From positions 8,093,095 through 8,157,094 of the forward strand of contig MU054391.1 of assembly GCA_013239625.1 (NCBI GenBank): a stretch of 64,000 nucleotides of DNA, in the 5' to 3' direction. The translations under genes were made by a program, and so were the position numbers. How positions within the stretch are numbered: the first letter of the stretch is position 1; each line of letters starts with the position of its first letter. Source of the stretch: Lama guanicoe. Lineage: Eukaryota. Positions 53,481-64,000 of this stretch are shown in pieces. The notes below the pieces were generated by a model. The model had not been told where the DNA came from. It worked only from the letters and a program-made list of their open reading frames with translations, and ran no database searches.

Positions 53481-53970
53481 TGTGAACAAAAAATACTGCA
53501 AGCCATATCAGTAAACAAAGAATGCTGAAGCCATCAAGTCATCAGCGCTGCCACCACCCCCCAGGGAGGACAAGCCTGCAGCCCGACCTCTGCAGCCACT
53601 CACAGTGGTGCCCTCTGAGGGGACTCAGAACAAGAAAGGACAGGATACTGGCCCTAGATGGCTAGGTGCTTGTCAAAGGAATGAATTCAGTGAGCCCAAA
53701 TGTTCACTTCCTCCCATACATAGAAAAGCGCTCAATTCTTTAACTTGAGATGCCTGGTTTTCTTTAATTGACAAGTAATCTTTCAATGTTCCAACTACAT
53801 GGTCTTTGTTGTAAAACTCCTCTACATCCTGGCTCCTCCCCTTCCTCTTCGGAGCAGTCCCCCAGAGCAATCGATCTGAGAGGCTGCCATCCTGCGCTGA
53901 GCTCTCAGAATTGTCCAAAGAATAAAACATGACTCTCAACTTTAAGGTCGTGCATTTATTTCAGTCGACA
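53481..53970 (+). mobile_element. ERV1-type solo LTR, 490 bp, resembling artiodactyl MER41-like LTRs
   Basis: TG...CA termini (tgtgaac...ttcagtcgaca), AATAAA at 53921-53926, 4-bp TSD agtc at 53477-53480 and 53971-53974; family name from recalled similarity. Confidence 0.88.
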
Positions 53971-54559
53971 AGTCTGCATTTTACAATAATTACGTGAAGC
54001 AGATATTGTGGTTTCCATTTGTATATGCAGCTCTGAAGCACAGAAAGATGAGAAACCGTACAACGAATACGCTTTGGAGCCGGAACTCAAACCCAGACAC
54101 ATCTGATTCCAAATTCACAAGCTCTCTGCTGGATCTGGTGTTTTCTGTGATGGCACCAAGGGGAAGCAGCCTGTGAAGTGCAGAAACAAAGCCTTGCCTT
54201 TTGGGAGTTTGTAGATCTAGCCTAGCGAGGCTGTCCCAAAGCCACATCTAACAGAGTGATCTATATTACAATTAAAACTGCAGTGCTATGTTGCACAGCG
54301 TGCACGCAAGAATCACTGTTCACTTCAACTTTTTCTTACCTAAGAATGCGTAAACAGCAGATCAGCAGCCCAGGACAGAGAGAAAGCTAGCTGCAATTAT
54401 GCGTTTAGACTTAACACTCACTCACCTGGGTCTGTGTCTGTGTTCCCGGTACCGTGCTAGGCACTTCACGTTCATTGTCTTTATTTATGTACCCTATAAA
54501 ACCCTGGACTCACTAACATGTTCAGCAGGGAAGAACATTTGATGCAATGAATCCAGGGG

Positions 54560-54660
54560 GTGTATGGTGCATCGAGCAGGACTTTGGAATAGAAGAGCCT
54601 GGATTTCAACTCTGGCTCGGCCTTCTATTAGCTGTGAGGCCTTGGCCATGTTAATTCCTT
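54560..54660 (+). mobile_element. MIR SINE fragment
   Basis: ggactttggaatagaagagcctggatttcaactctggctcggccttctattagctgtgaggccttggcca. Confidence 0.75.
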
Positions 54661-55439
54661 CCAGCAGAGTGCTTTAGACCATGACTGCAACTGCAGGGAG
54701 GTGTCACGCACTGTTTTCGGGAACGTCCTGTTCAGTTAGCTGTTGATGGGCATCCAGCTCATACAATGCACTCCCTATTTCTTCTGATAGCTAATCCTAG
54801 TTTTGCATTTTAACTCTTTGCAAAAAAAAAACCAAAAAAAAAAAACCAAAAAACAACTCAGTTAAACCAATAAGCTTGTGTTTTATAGCTGATTTTAAAG
54901 CCTGATTGGTCCCATTTTCTTCTGATTCCTCTTTTATCCTCTGATTTGCACACTTCCTGCTTTTTCTTTCACACTCCCTTCCACGCTCTTGGCTTTTTCA
55001 CTTACACTTCCTGCATTCTAGCACCAGAAAAAGTCATTCCCTTCTGCTTATCTGTATGTGAAATTTGGTTGGTTCCCTATGTCTAAAAGTGAGAAAAAGT
55101 AGCTTATGGGGAAATAGATGTCTAATTATTTCCCTTCATTCAAGGAAGACCAGCCTTTAGGTAGAACATGCAAACTTTGAAACAAATAACAATGACAAAG
55201 TTTCAGTTAACCTCACAAGTGATGTCTTGAAATAAGATTCATCTCCAGCTGGAGAAGAGACAGGAAACGCTCTGTAAGTTTATAACTGAAAAGTCTGCTA
55301 TCCTCCCAACAGGCCATTAGTGTTTTTAATGGGATCATGGAGTTATAATGTTCTATAAAATGTAAAGTTGTAGCGGGACTATTCAATTTATTATTGTGAT
55401 TTAGTATATGGTAAAGCATTTAAAAATTAAATAAACATG

Positions 55440-55590
55440 TAGGCATTGAGTAATTACCAACTATATGCCATGTGTTTTTGTTGTTGTTTTTATGAATTCT
55501 CTCACTCAATCCTACAAATAACTATTTTATTTCCCATTTTATAGATGAGGAGACTAACGCACTAAGATGCTGACGTGTTAAATCACGTGC
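55440..55590 (-). mobile_element. MIR SINE fragment
   Basis: ctcactcaatcctac...tcccattttatagatgaggagact. Confidence 0.75.
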
Positions 55591-55596
55591 ATCTAG

Positions 55597-56119
55597 TGTC
55601 TTACATCCGGCTCCCTGGGGGGAACCTCTGAGACGGACAGCCATGTGCAGAGGCTTCCTCAGGGAGTCTTCTTAGGAGCTACATAAAAGAGGGCTATAGG
55701 ATTGGACAGAGGGAAAAGTTGGCCCGCAGGGGTTTTAACTGAGACTTCAACTGGTCCTACAGGGAGATCTGGAGCTGGAATGGTTGTCTTTCATAGTTGT
55801 CTCAGATTGAGGCAAAAGGGCTGGACATACACATACTCACACCAACTCACCATCGACCTGGAAGAAGACAACCTTAATGAGACATATCAGGTACAGATGT
55901 CACTCAGAATCTGCAGGGGATTGGTTCCGCAATCCCCGAGGACACCAAAATCCGCAGATGCTCAAGTCCCCTGCGTGAAATGTCTTAGCACAGTGGGCTC
56001 TTGGTATCTGTGGGTTGGCCAACTACAGTGAGAGCATGGCTCACGTACTCCCAGCAGCTACAGGTGGGCTGCACCAGCCTGAAGGGGGGGCCTGGGGATG
56101 CAGCTCTGTGTCTGCTACA
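55597..56119 (-). mobile_element. LTR16-like ERVL LTR, interrupted by a MITE
   Basis: tgtctta...ggctccctgg...ctctgagac...ggattggacagaggga...gggagatctggagctggaatgg...tctgctaca. Confidence 0.7.
55894..56025. mobile_element. MER2-like TcMar-Tigger MITE nested in LTR
   Basis: TA then cagatgtc...ggggattggttcc...caccaaaatccgcagatgctcaagtccc. Confidence 0.8.
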
Positions 56120-56669
56120 CTGAGCAAGAGGGAGAGCAAGAATTTGACTCCAAGCTCAGGTATCTTTTTCACTTTTTATGGAATGAAAATCTCATTTTAA
56201 CATCCTGGTTACAGCTCATGCAATTATTTTCAATATTATTATGATCGTGGTTGCACTTCTGAACAAGTCATGATCTTATGTTGTCCCTACTGAAGTGCGG
56301 TGCCCAGAGCTGCAGGTGGAATCTGATTAGTGTTCAGGTGGCCCCTGCCATCTTTTTGCTTTGTGTATCTCCCAAGAGCTCATAAGCTTTAGGGACTTTC
56401 AGTTTAATAAGTTGATAAACATATTCAAAATATCTTTCAGTCCTACTTTTATTTTTCTGACTCTGAAGGAGCACATAATATAGCGATTTTCAAGAAAAGA
56501 AATATGAGTTCAGAATCTTGGTGAAGTTATTCTTTTGTGCATCAAATTCTTGGTTCTTTCTTCTCCCTCTTGCTGTCTTCCCATCATCCTCTTGAGGAAT
56601 CTGACAGTGAATCATTAGATGGGAAGTAGGACTAGTCAATGACCTCACACTCTTCATCCAAGTTACTTT

Positions 56670-56835
56670 CAGAGCTTTCAAAAATACAGATTTCTCCATT
56701 CCATGTCTGATGATTTTGACTCAGTACCTCTTTGCTGGGAACCAGGAATCTATAGTTAAAAAAATTTTTTTTTCCCAGATGAACCTTGGGGAGGTAATAG
56801 CTCAGGTACCAGGGCCAGGTCCAGAACCGCTAGTC
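56670..56835. mobile_element. MER5-like hAT-Charlie fragment
   Basis: aaaaatacagatt...gattttgactcagta...ccaggaatctat...cccagatga...agaaccgct. Confidence 0.55.
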
Positions 56836-58288
56836 CAGCTTACCTATAAAAGCTCTTTCATTGCATGATGCAGGTTTTTATAGAGCTGGGACCACTCATC
56901 TATCACTTATTTTTCCCCCTGGTGTCTAGAATAGGGTCTGGGGTAGAAATCATACTCAATGAATATTTTTGAATGAGAAAAAATAAATACAAAAATCTCT
57001 TTGAGTTAATGCAACCACAATTCGGAAAGCTGCTGTGTTTGAGCAGAAAGCACACTAGGTACAGAGGCAGAAGGAAAGATTGTTTATTTGGACAAAATAA
57101 TAAACTGAACGCAAATTAATAGTAAGTCAAATTATTTACTGTTGGACCAACTGGTATGCTCTAATATCATGACACATAGCCTGATAGTAAATGTTCCTTA
57201 CATTTCGGGGAAGAATCTCTGGGTTTCCTATAGCATCGATCCCCATTAAATCTATCAAATTCTGTTGGCATTCTAGTATTTGTATTAGGATGTTTACTTT
57301 TATTTCACAAATGAAGAGTTTTAGGTTGATGGTCTTACCTCAAATCCTGCATTTTTTCACTACACTGTGACACGATTACATGAAATTCAATAAAATAGAA
57401 AACTAGGTAAAAAAAAAGAAACTTTATTATCATTTATTTTACTCCCTCAATCTTCAAATAAGACTTTAAATAAGCTTATAAAAGTACCTAATAAGATGAA
57501 TGCAATAGGTAGGGAAAACAGAGTTAAGAAAAAGGGGGGGAATATATTTGCTTACAGGAAGTGTCAAGGAATTAATTATGATTAAGAAAACTCTAGAATC
57601 TAATCTTGACGTCTTTAGCACAGAGAGGATCTATCCATTTTAACCGTCCATTAAAAAAGCTCTTAGCAGAACAACTGAAAGGGAGACACTTCTCAGGGTC
57701 AGAGGCTGCTGTTATTACTGGTGTTATTGTTATTTTCAAAACATCCTAAACTAAATTTCAAAAGAATATTTCCCTTCATGAGGCACTTACAGAGAGAATG
57801 ATAAAATATATGAAAAACCGAGTTTCTTCACAGATTTTCATTGTAAACACAGATATAAATATATATATATTTTTCATAATACATAATAATAGTTTAATGT
57901 TTCTATTGATAAAAGCTAAAGGTCACATTTTTAAACGTCACACCCTAAAGTGGTTCTAGACACTCACTGCTGTTTCCAACTGAGTAACTTTTTGATGTGT
58001 TAGCAAATTAATATCCGCAAACTAAATCCTGAGGAATGGGAGACCAGATGGCACAGCAGCATTGGAGGGATGAACCAGAGTACCCCTCTGTGAGCAAAAC
58101 TGAAAGCATTAAGAAATGCAAATAGTCTCATGAAAACATGATCCCTTCGCCCAGTATATGCTGCCTGAATTGGGGAACAGAATGCCTATGATCAGTATTG
58201 GGTAACTATTAATTATAACCAGAAATAATATCATGAATGACAATGAAGAACCAGATAAATAGTTAAGTATTAAAATCCTGTCATCCTA

Positions 58289-59640
58289 CAGTCTTCTTGG
58301 TAAGTGGTATTGGGAAAGCTAGACAGCTGCATGTAAATCAATGAAGTTAGAGCGCTCCCTCATACCATATATGAAAATAAACTCAAAATGTTTAAAGACT
58401 TAAACACAAGGCAGGACACCATAAATCTCCTTGAAGGGAACACAAGCAAAACATTCTCTGACATAAATCTTAGCAATGTTTTCTTAGGTCGGTTTACCAA
58501 AGCAATAGAAATCAAAGCAAAAATAAACAAATGGGACCTGTTTAAACTTATAAGCTTTTGAACAGCAAAAGAAATCATAAATAAAACAAAAAGATAACCA
58601 ACGAACTCAGAGAAATTATTTGCAAATGATGAGGCTGGCAAGTGCTTAGCTTCCAGAATATACAAACAGCTCATATAACTCAATGACAAAAAAGCAAACA
58701 ACCCAATCAAAAACTAAGTGGAAGACCTAAGCAGATATTTCTCCAATGAAAACATACAGATGGCCAATAGGCACATGAAAAGATGCTTACTATGGTTAAT
58801 TATCAGAGAAATGCAAATCAAAACTACGAGGCATCACCTCACATTGGTCAGAATAGCCATCATTAAAAAGTCCACAAGCAATACATGCTGGAAAGGGTGT
58901 GGAAAAAAGGAAACCCTCCTACACTGTTCATGAGAATGTAATTTAGTGCAGCCACTATGGAAAACAGAATGGAAATCCCTTAAAAAACTAAAAATAGTTA
59001 CCATATGATACAGTAGTCCTACTCCTGGGCATATACCTGGAGAAAACTTTAATGTGAAAAGGCATGTGCACTCCAGTGTTAATAGCAGCACTATTTACAA
59101 CAGACAAGATGTGGAAGCGAATGTCCACCCACAGATGATTGTATAAAGAAGATGCGATTTATGTTACAATGTAATCCTATTCAGCCACGAAAAAAGAGTG
59201 AAATAATGTCATTTGTAGCAACATGCATGGACCTAGAGATTATCATACTAAGAGAAGTATGTCAGACAGAGAAAGACAAATATTATATATCACTTATATG
59301 TGGAATCTAAAAAGATGACACAATTGAACTCATTTACAAAACAGAAACAGATTCATAGACATAGAAAACAAATCTATGTTTACCAAAGGGGAAAGGGCAG
59401 GGAGGGATAAATTAGGAGTTTGGGATTAGCAGGTATAAACTACTATATATAAAATAGATAAACAACAAGGTCCTACTGTATAACACAGGGACTAAATTTA
59501 ATAGCTTGTAATAACGTCTAATGAAAAAGAAAAATTATATATATATATATATATTTTGTATAACTGAATCACTATGCTCTACACCAGAAACTAACACAAC
59601 ATTGTCAATCAACCCGACTTCAATTAAAAAATGTGAAAAA
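58289..59640 (+). mobile_element. 5'-truncated artiodactyl-type L1 (ORF2 C-terminus plus 3' UTR)
   Basis: ORF2 remnant [11 protein letters not shown]...[11 protein letters not shown]-tail; degenerate TSD aaaatcctgtcatccta (58272-58288) / aaaatcttcatccta (59641-59655) starting at a TT|AAAA site. Confidence 0.97.
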
Positions 59641-60589
59641 AAAATCTTCATCCTAGATATGTTAAGTTTGCCAGAGCCTATGAATTACCTATATCTTCAC
59701 AGATTGAGAATTACCTAGTCTCCTGGGTCAATTTAGTCACCCACAAAAGATGACAACACAAACGACAGTCCCGCGGGTGGCTTTGGCAGTGATTTTTACT
59801 CCTTAACACTCTCTCCTTGATCCTTCACTCTCTCCAGAATTTCCATATCATGAGTTAACACCTTTGTGGGATGGTGGGTTGTGTTGAAATCTGCCTTTAC
59901 ACAGTTTGCAAGTGCAGTGATTTTATATTTATCTGGAGTGGCTTCAGATGGAGGATTGATGAGATTAGAAGATATGTTTTGAATTTTTTTCCAAAATAAA
60001 TGCACCATTTTTACCTAAGATATGTGCTATTGGACTAGCTTTAAAGATATGCCAATGGCATGTATGTGGATTATCAAATGCTCCCAGGCTGTTCGTGGTC
60101 CCGCCATCCCCTCTGTCCGTTTTTCTCATCATCTATGGCTGATCTTTCCTCCGGAGAATGAAACATTTTACATTTCTAAACCCTGAAATTTCCCACCCCA
60201 CCCCACTTCCACTGTGGAAGTGAGGAAGCAAGCCCAGAGCCCCAGGTTTTGAGTTAGGACAGTGTGACCTTGCTAAGAAACTCCGGTGTAGTGAGAACCA
60301 GATAGCCAAGAGGGTGAGTCCAGCTTGTAATCCCCACTGAGCACAGGTTGTCTGCATCATTACAAAATACCATGTATGAATAAAAGTGACATACATAATA
60401 AAATATTATCTAGGGAGCAAAACAAAATTTCTAGGCATAAATACTTTTATGTACCAGTTTTAAGAAAATTATTCTGTAAATATCATCTATTGTATAGTAA
60501 CATTGAACATTTAAGAAACCAAATAACCATACTTTTTTTTTAAATGCTATTTGTCATTAACTTTTCGAAAAAGTGGCTACACTTTTGGA

Positions 60590-61260
60590 ATACAAATGGG
60601 GCATAATTCCTGCCTTGAGAACTAATGGTCAGATGGAGAAGACAGACATATAAATAATGTTAACTGATGAATGTAGTTACTGCAATTGAACACATAGAAA
60701 GTATTATGGAAGCTTAGAGAGGGGTTACCACACCTACCCAGTGGCATCCAGGAGAGATTCTTGGGCAAGAAAATGAATAGTTTAGGCAAACTGTTGTGTG
60801 ATTACCTCATTATAGCCCTTACCACACTTGCATTGAAATTATCTGTGTAAGTCCACCTACTCCACTAAATAGAGTTTCTCCAGGAAAGAATTGTGTCTCG
60901 TTCTTCACTGTTTGTCAAGTCCCTAACAGTTACATTACATATTATATATATGCTCAAAAATATATTTTTAAAACAACAAAAAGGAACAAATAAAGGAGGA
61001 ATTAAAAAAAATAAAAGAAGCAAGGCAGGCTGACAGCTGAACAGGAGTCAGCCAGAAGACGGGAAGAAGTGAGCAGGCAGTTCATCTCAGGCTAGGAAGG
61101 ATCAGGATAAAAGAATGGAGACATGAAATAGTGTGGTGTGTGAAGGTAGGCAGGGTGACAGTTTAAATAAAAGCCTGAAGGGGCAAGAGATGAAGATGAA
61201 GGGTTTAGCAGAACTTGACCTAAGGGGATCGCTTCCCCTCTGCTAAGCAGCTCACTGTGG
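60590..61260. mobile_element. Cluster of L2 fragments in both orientations
   Basis: cctgccttgagaactaatggtcagatggagaagacagacat (-); ccactaaatagagtttctccaggaaagaattgtgtc...tgctcaaaaatatattt (+). Confidence 0.55.
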
Positions 61261-61619
61261 CCGAGCAGAGAGGCAACCTCATAGAAAGTGAATGTGTGCT
61301 CAACTCTAATTCGACCATAGTTTGACTCTGGGGTAGCAGTTTAAAATTTCTTGAACCTCCATTCATTATAAAATGAGATAGCGCTAGCTCCTTTTAATTG
61401 CTGATAAAAGGAATAGAGAATAATTGATGCAATATAAGAGTGGGTATGTAGTGTTGATATAATATTAAAAATATGTATATATATGGAATGGAAAGTATCA
61501 GTGGCAGGATGCACTCTTTGGTTTCTCTTGCTCTTGGGGAAGAATTCCAGCTGTTCTGTCCAGTGTCAGTTTGATCAGTGTCCCTCAGGTGGTGTGTGAA
61601 TAACAAGGTGGATGCAAGG

Positions 61620-62388
61620 GGTAGCAGTCCCAGTTCTTCAGAGAACTAATAGCACATCTAGCTAGCTAGCTATGCATCCATCTACAGTTGTCCCTTGGAC
61701 AACACAGTTCTGTTCGAACTGTGAGGGCCCACTCATACAAGGATATTTTTTTCAATAGTAAACACTGCAGTAGTGCACTATCCAAAGTTGGTTGAGTCAG
61801 TGGATGCAGAAAGGTGGATATGGAAGAACCATGGATACAGAGCTCTGACCGTAAGTTAGACGCAGACCTTCAACTGCACTGAGGCTCAGTGCCCCTAAGC
61901 CTTACATTGTTGATGGTCAACTGCAGATAGAGAAAAATTTATTACAGGAATTGGCTTACACAGTTACGGAGGCTGAGAAGTCCCACAGTCTACTGCTGAA
62001 AGCTGGAGAACCAGGAAAGCTCGTGGTGAAATTCAGTCCGAGTCTATGGGCCTGAGAACTCGTGGAGCTGATAGTGTAAGTCTCAGCCTGAATCAGAAGG
62101 CTGGAGAACCAGGAGCACCTGTGTCCACAGGCTGGAGGAGGCAGATGTCTCAGCTCAAGCAGAGAGAGAGCATTTGTCCTTCCTCCACCTCTCAGTTCTA
62201 TTCAGCTCCTCAGCAGACTGGATGAAGCTCACCCACTTTGAGGAGGGCCCTCGGCTTTACTCAGTTCACCAATTCAAACGCTCATCTCTCCTGGAAACAC
62301 CTCACAGACACACTCAGGAATAATGTGCTACCAGCTATCTGGGCATCACTTAGCCCAGCCAGGCTGACACGTAAAGTTAACCATCACC
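61620..62388 (-). mobile_element. MLT2 (ERVL) LTR, interrupted by a Tigger MITE
   Basis: tttattacaggaattggcttacacagttacggaggctgagaagtcccac...gctggagaaccaggaaagc...ctgacacgtaaagttaaccatcac. Confidence 0.92.
61685..61923. mobile_element. Tigger2a-like MITE
   Basis: Terminal inverted repeats cagttgtcccttggacaac ... ttgttgatggtcaactg; TA on the left, CA on the right. Confidence 0.85.
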
Positions 62389-62856
62389 CAAGGGAAACGG
62401 GCTGCCTAAAGTTCCAGAGCCCTAGGGACTGAGTCAAGTGACCAGCCACTAAGGCATGTGCTCAAAAGTTCAGCAGTCAGATGCCCCTTCCCCGCCCAAG
62501 TCCTTTCCTGTCTGCATTTAATACTTTCCTCCTATTCAAAGTAAAAATAGCTTTTTGTAAAAAATTTACCTGTATCTTTCTGCCTTTTGATATAACAATA
62601 AGATGGAGAGAAAATCAAACTTAGAAGAAAAAGTGATTAAAAAGTTGCTTATTGGGAAGAAGTATTTGCTTTATTGGAAAAAAAGTTCTTACTGGAATTT
62701 AAAGCAGCTGGTCTGTGGTCTCCCTTTAAGGGGGTCATTTCTGGGAAGTAAAGTAGGTTACTTAGTCTAATTTCATTGTAAATATGATAACTGACCTTCT
62801 GAACAAGTTGAACTTGGGCCCATGTGAAAAAGCTAGATGAGTATCTCCAGTCTTAA

Positions 62857-63012
62857 TTCTTCTTCTTCTTCTTTTTTTTTTTTTTTTGGTTTTGGGAGGC
62901 GATAATGAAGTTTACTTATTTATTTATTTTTAGAGGAGGAACTGAGGATTGAACCCAGGACCTTGTGAATGCAAAACCTGCACTCTACCACTTGAACTAC
63001 ACCCTCCCTCCT
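62857..63012 (-). mobile_element. Vic-1-type camelid tRNA-derived SINE
   Basis: Minus strand gggagggtgtagttcaagtggtagagtgc...ggtcctgggttcaatcctcagt with pol III A and B boxes, A/GAA tail; 11-bp flanking repeat tccagtcttaa at 62846-62856 and 63013-63023. Confidence 0.9.
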
Positions 63013-63029
63013 TCCAGTCTTAAGTTTAT

Positions 63030-63430
63030 TTATAAGTCTAAACGCAGGGATGCTCAGGAAGAAAACTGGGCTAGAAATGGCCATTTGGGGTCATAGTACA
63101 TACATGGCACGTGAAACAAGGTGACTGGGTATAGCTGACCTATGGGAGGAGTGAGTGCTGTGAACAGAGACTTGTGGGAGGGAGGAGCAGAGAAAGAGAT
63201 GTTCGTAAAGATCAGAGAAGTAGGAGGAAAGTCGGTCTGGATGTCGGCACTAAAGAAACTTTCAGTGAAGAAGGGCTCAGTGGTGACAAATGTAATTTAC
63301 AGACTTCAAAAAGACTGAAAAAGATCCCATGTGGTTTATCAACTAATGGGTTAACAGTGATTTTGCCAAGACAATCTCAGTTGAGTTGGGGTCTGAACTT
63401 CTGAATACCATAGCTTTAGGAGGAAGTTAG
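63030..63430 (-). mobile_element. L2 fragment
   Basis: ctgggctagaaatggccatttggggtcat...aagactgaaaaagatcccatgtggtttatcaac...agtgattttgccaagac. Confidence 0.6.
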
Positions 63431-64000
63431 AAGTCAGAATGCAGAAGTTGCAGTCAATTTGGGAGAATCTGAGTCGAGGAGCCAGTTAAGAGCATGGAGT
63501 TGAAGTGACAGGAGGCAGATGAAGTTGCAGCATGACTGATGATAACCAAAAACTGCCCGGCATTTGTCTTCAACCAGCCAACACACCTGTGACCCACCCC
63601 CCGTGTGAGCTGGGCTAGAACTGTGACAGACACGGGACAAGGAAGTGGCTGTTCTTTCCATTGGCCCTGATGTTTCCATCTGGTGATTTCTGAGGATTTC
63701 CCCCTGCTTTCTGTGTTCTTCACTGAGAGTGAAATCTCCCCATTAAAAAAGAAGAAAGAAGGAAGAAGGAAGAAGGAGAAGTATTAAGTAATTAAGGGGA
63801 AGCAGAAATTTTGCAAATTCATGACCTACAATCCTTTTTCTAACCTTCAAACTTTTCCCATTATGTTTACTCTATTCCTATGCCAAGAAAATAGATCTAA
63901 AGCCATGGCTACCAGTAGCCTGAGGCAGAAAAATAAATATTATTCCTTTGGGTCACACATTTTTTTCAGTTTTATTACCAGTTTTATTCATTCACCAGCT

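Noticed and set aside
52655..53970. The two LTRs as the ends of one provirus
   Set aside because: They are not homologous and each has its own TSD
62935..63010. tRNA gene
   Set aside because: Diverged tRNA-like head with SINE body, A-tail and flanking duplication

Overview
Mammalian nuclear DNA, almost certainly camelid (alpaca/llama/camel). The evidence is a tRNA-derived SINE of the Vic-1 type at 62857-63012 and artiodactyl/camelid-type L1 3' tails. The window is AT-rich, intergenic or deep-intronic, and dominated by interspersed repeats: several L1 copies (three large, some with visible target-site duplications), ancient L2 and MIR fragments, MaLR/ERVL LTRs (MLT1, MLT2, LTR16-like), two adjacent ERV1-type solo LTRs, DNA-transposon MITEs (MER58, MER5, MER2-like, Tigger2-like) and microsatellites. 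I recognise no intact protein-coding gene; the ORF-track entries are repeat-derived or chance ORFs. I did not find a convincing new biological system. The best leads are a solo LTR with adjacent ETS, STAT (GAS) and IRF motifs next to a MER41-like LTR, three + strand exon-like segments that could belong to a spliced non-coding transcript, an L1 with its RT domain deleted, and several repeat-free motif clusters that look like enhancers. Repeat family names come from recalled consensus similarity, not a database search. Boundaries without a stated TSD are approximate.
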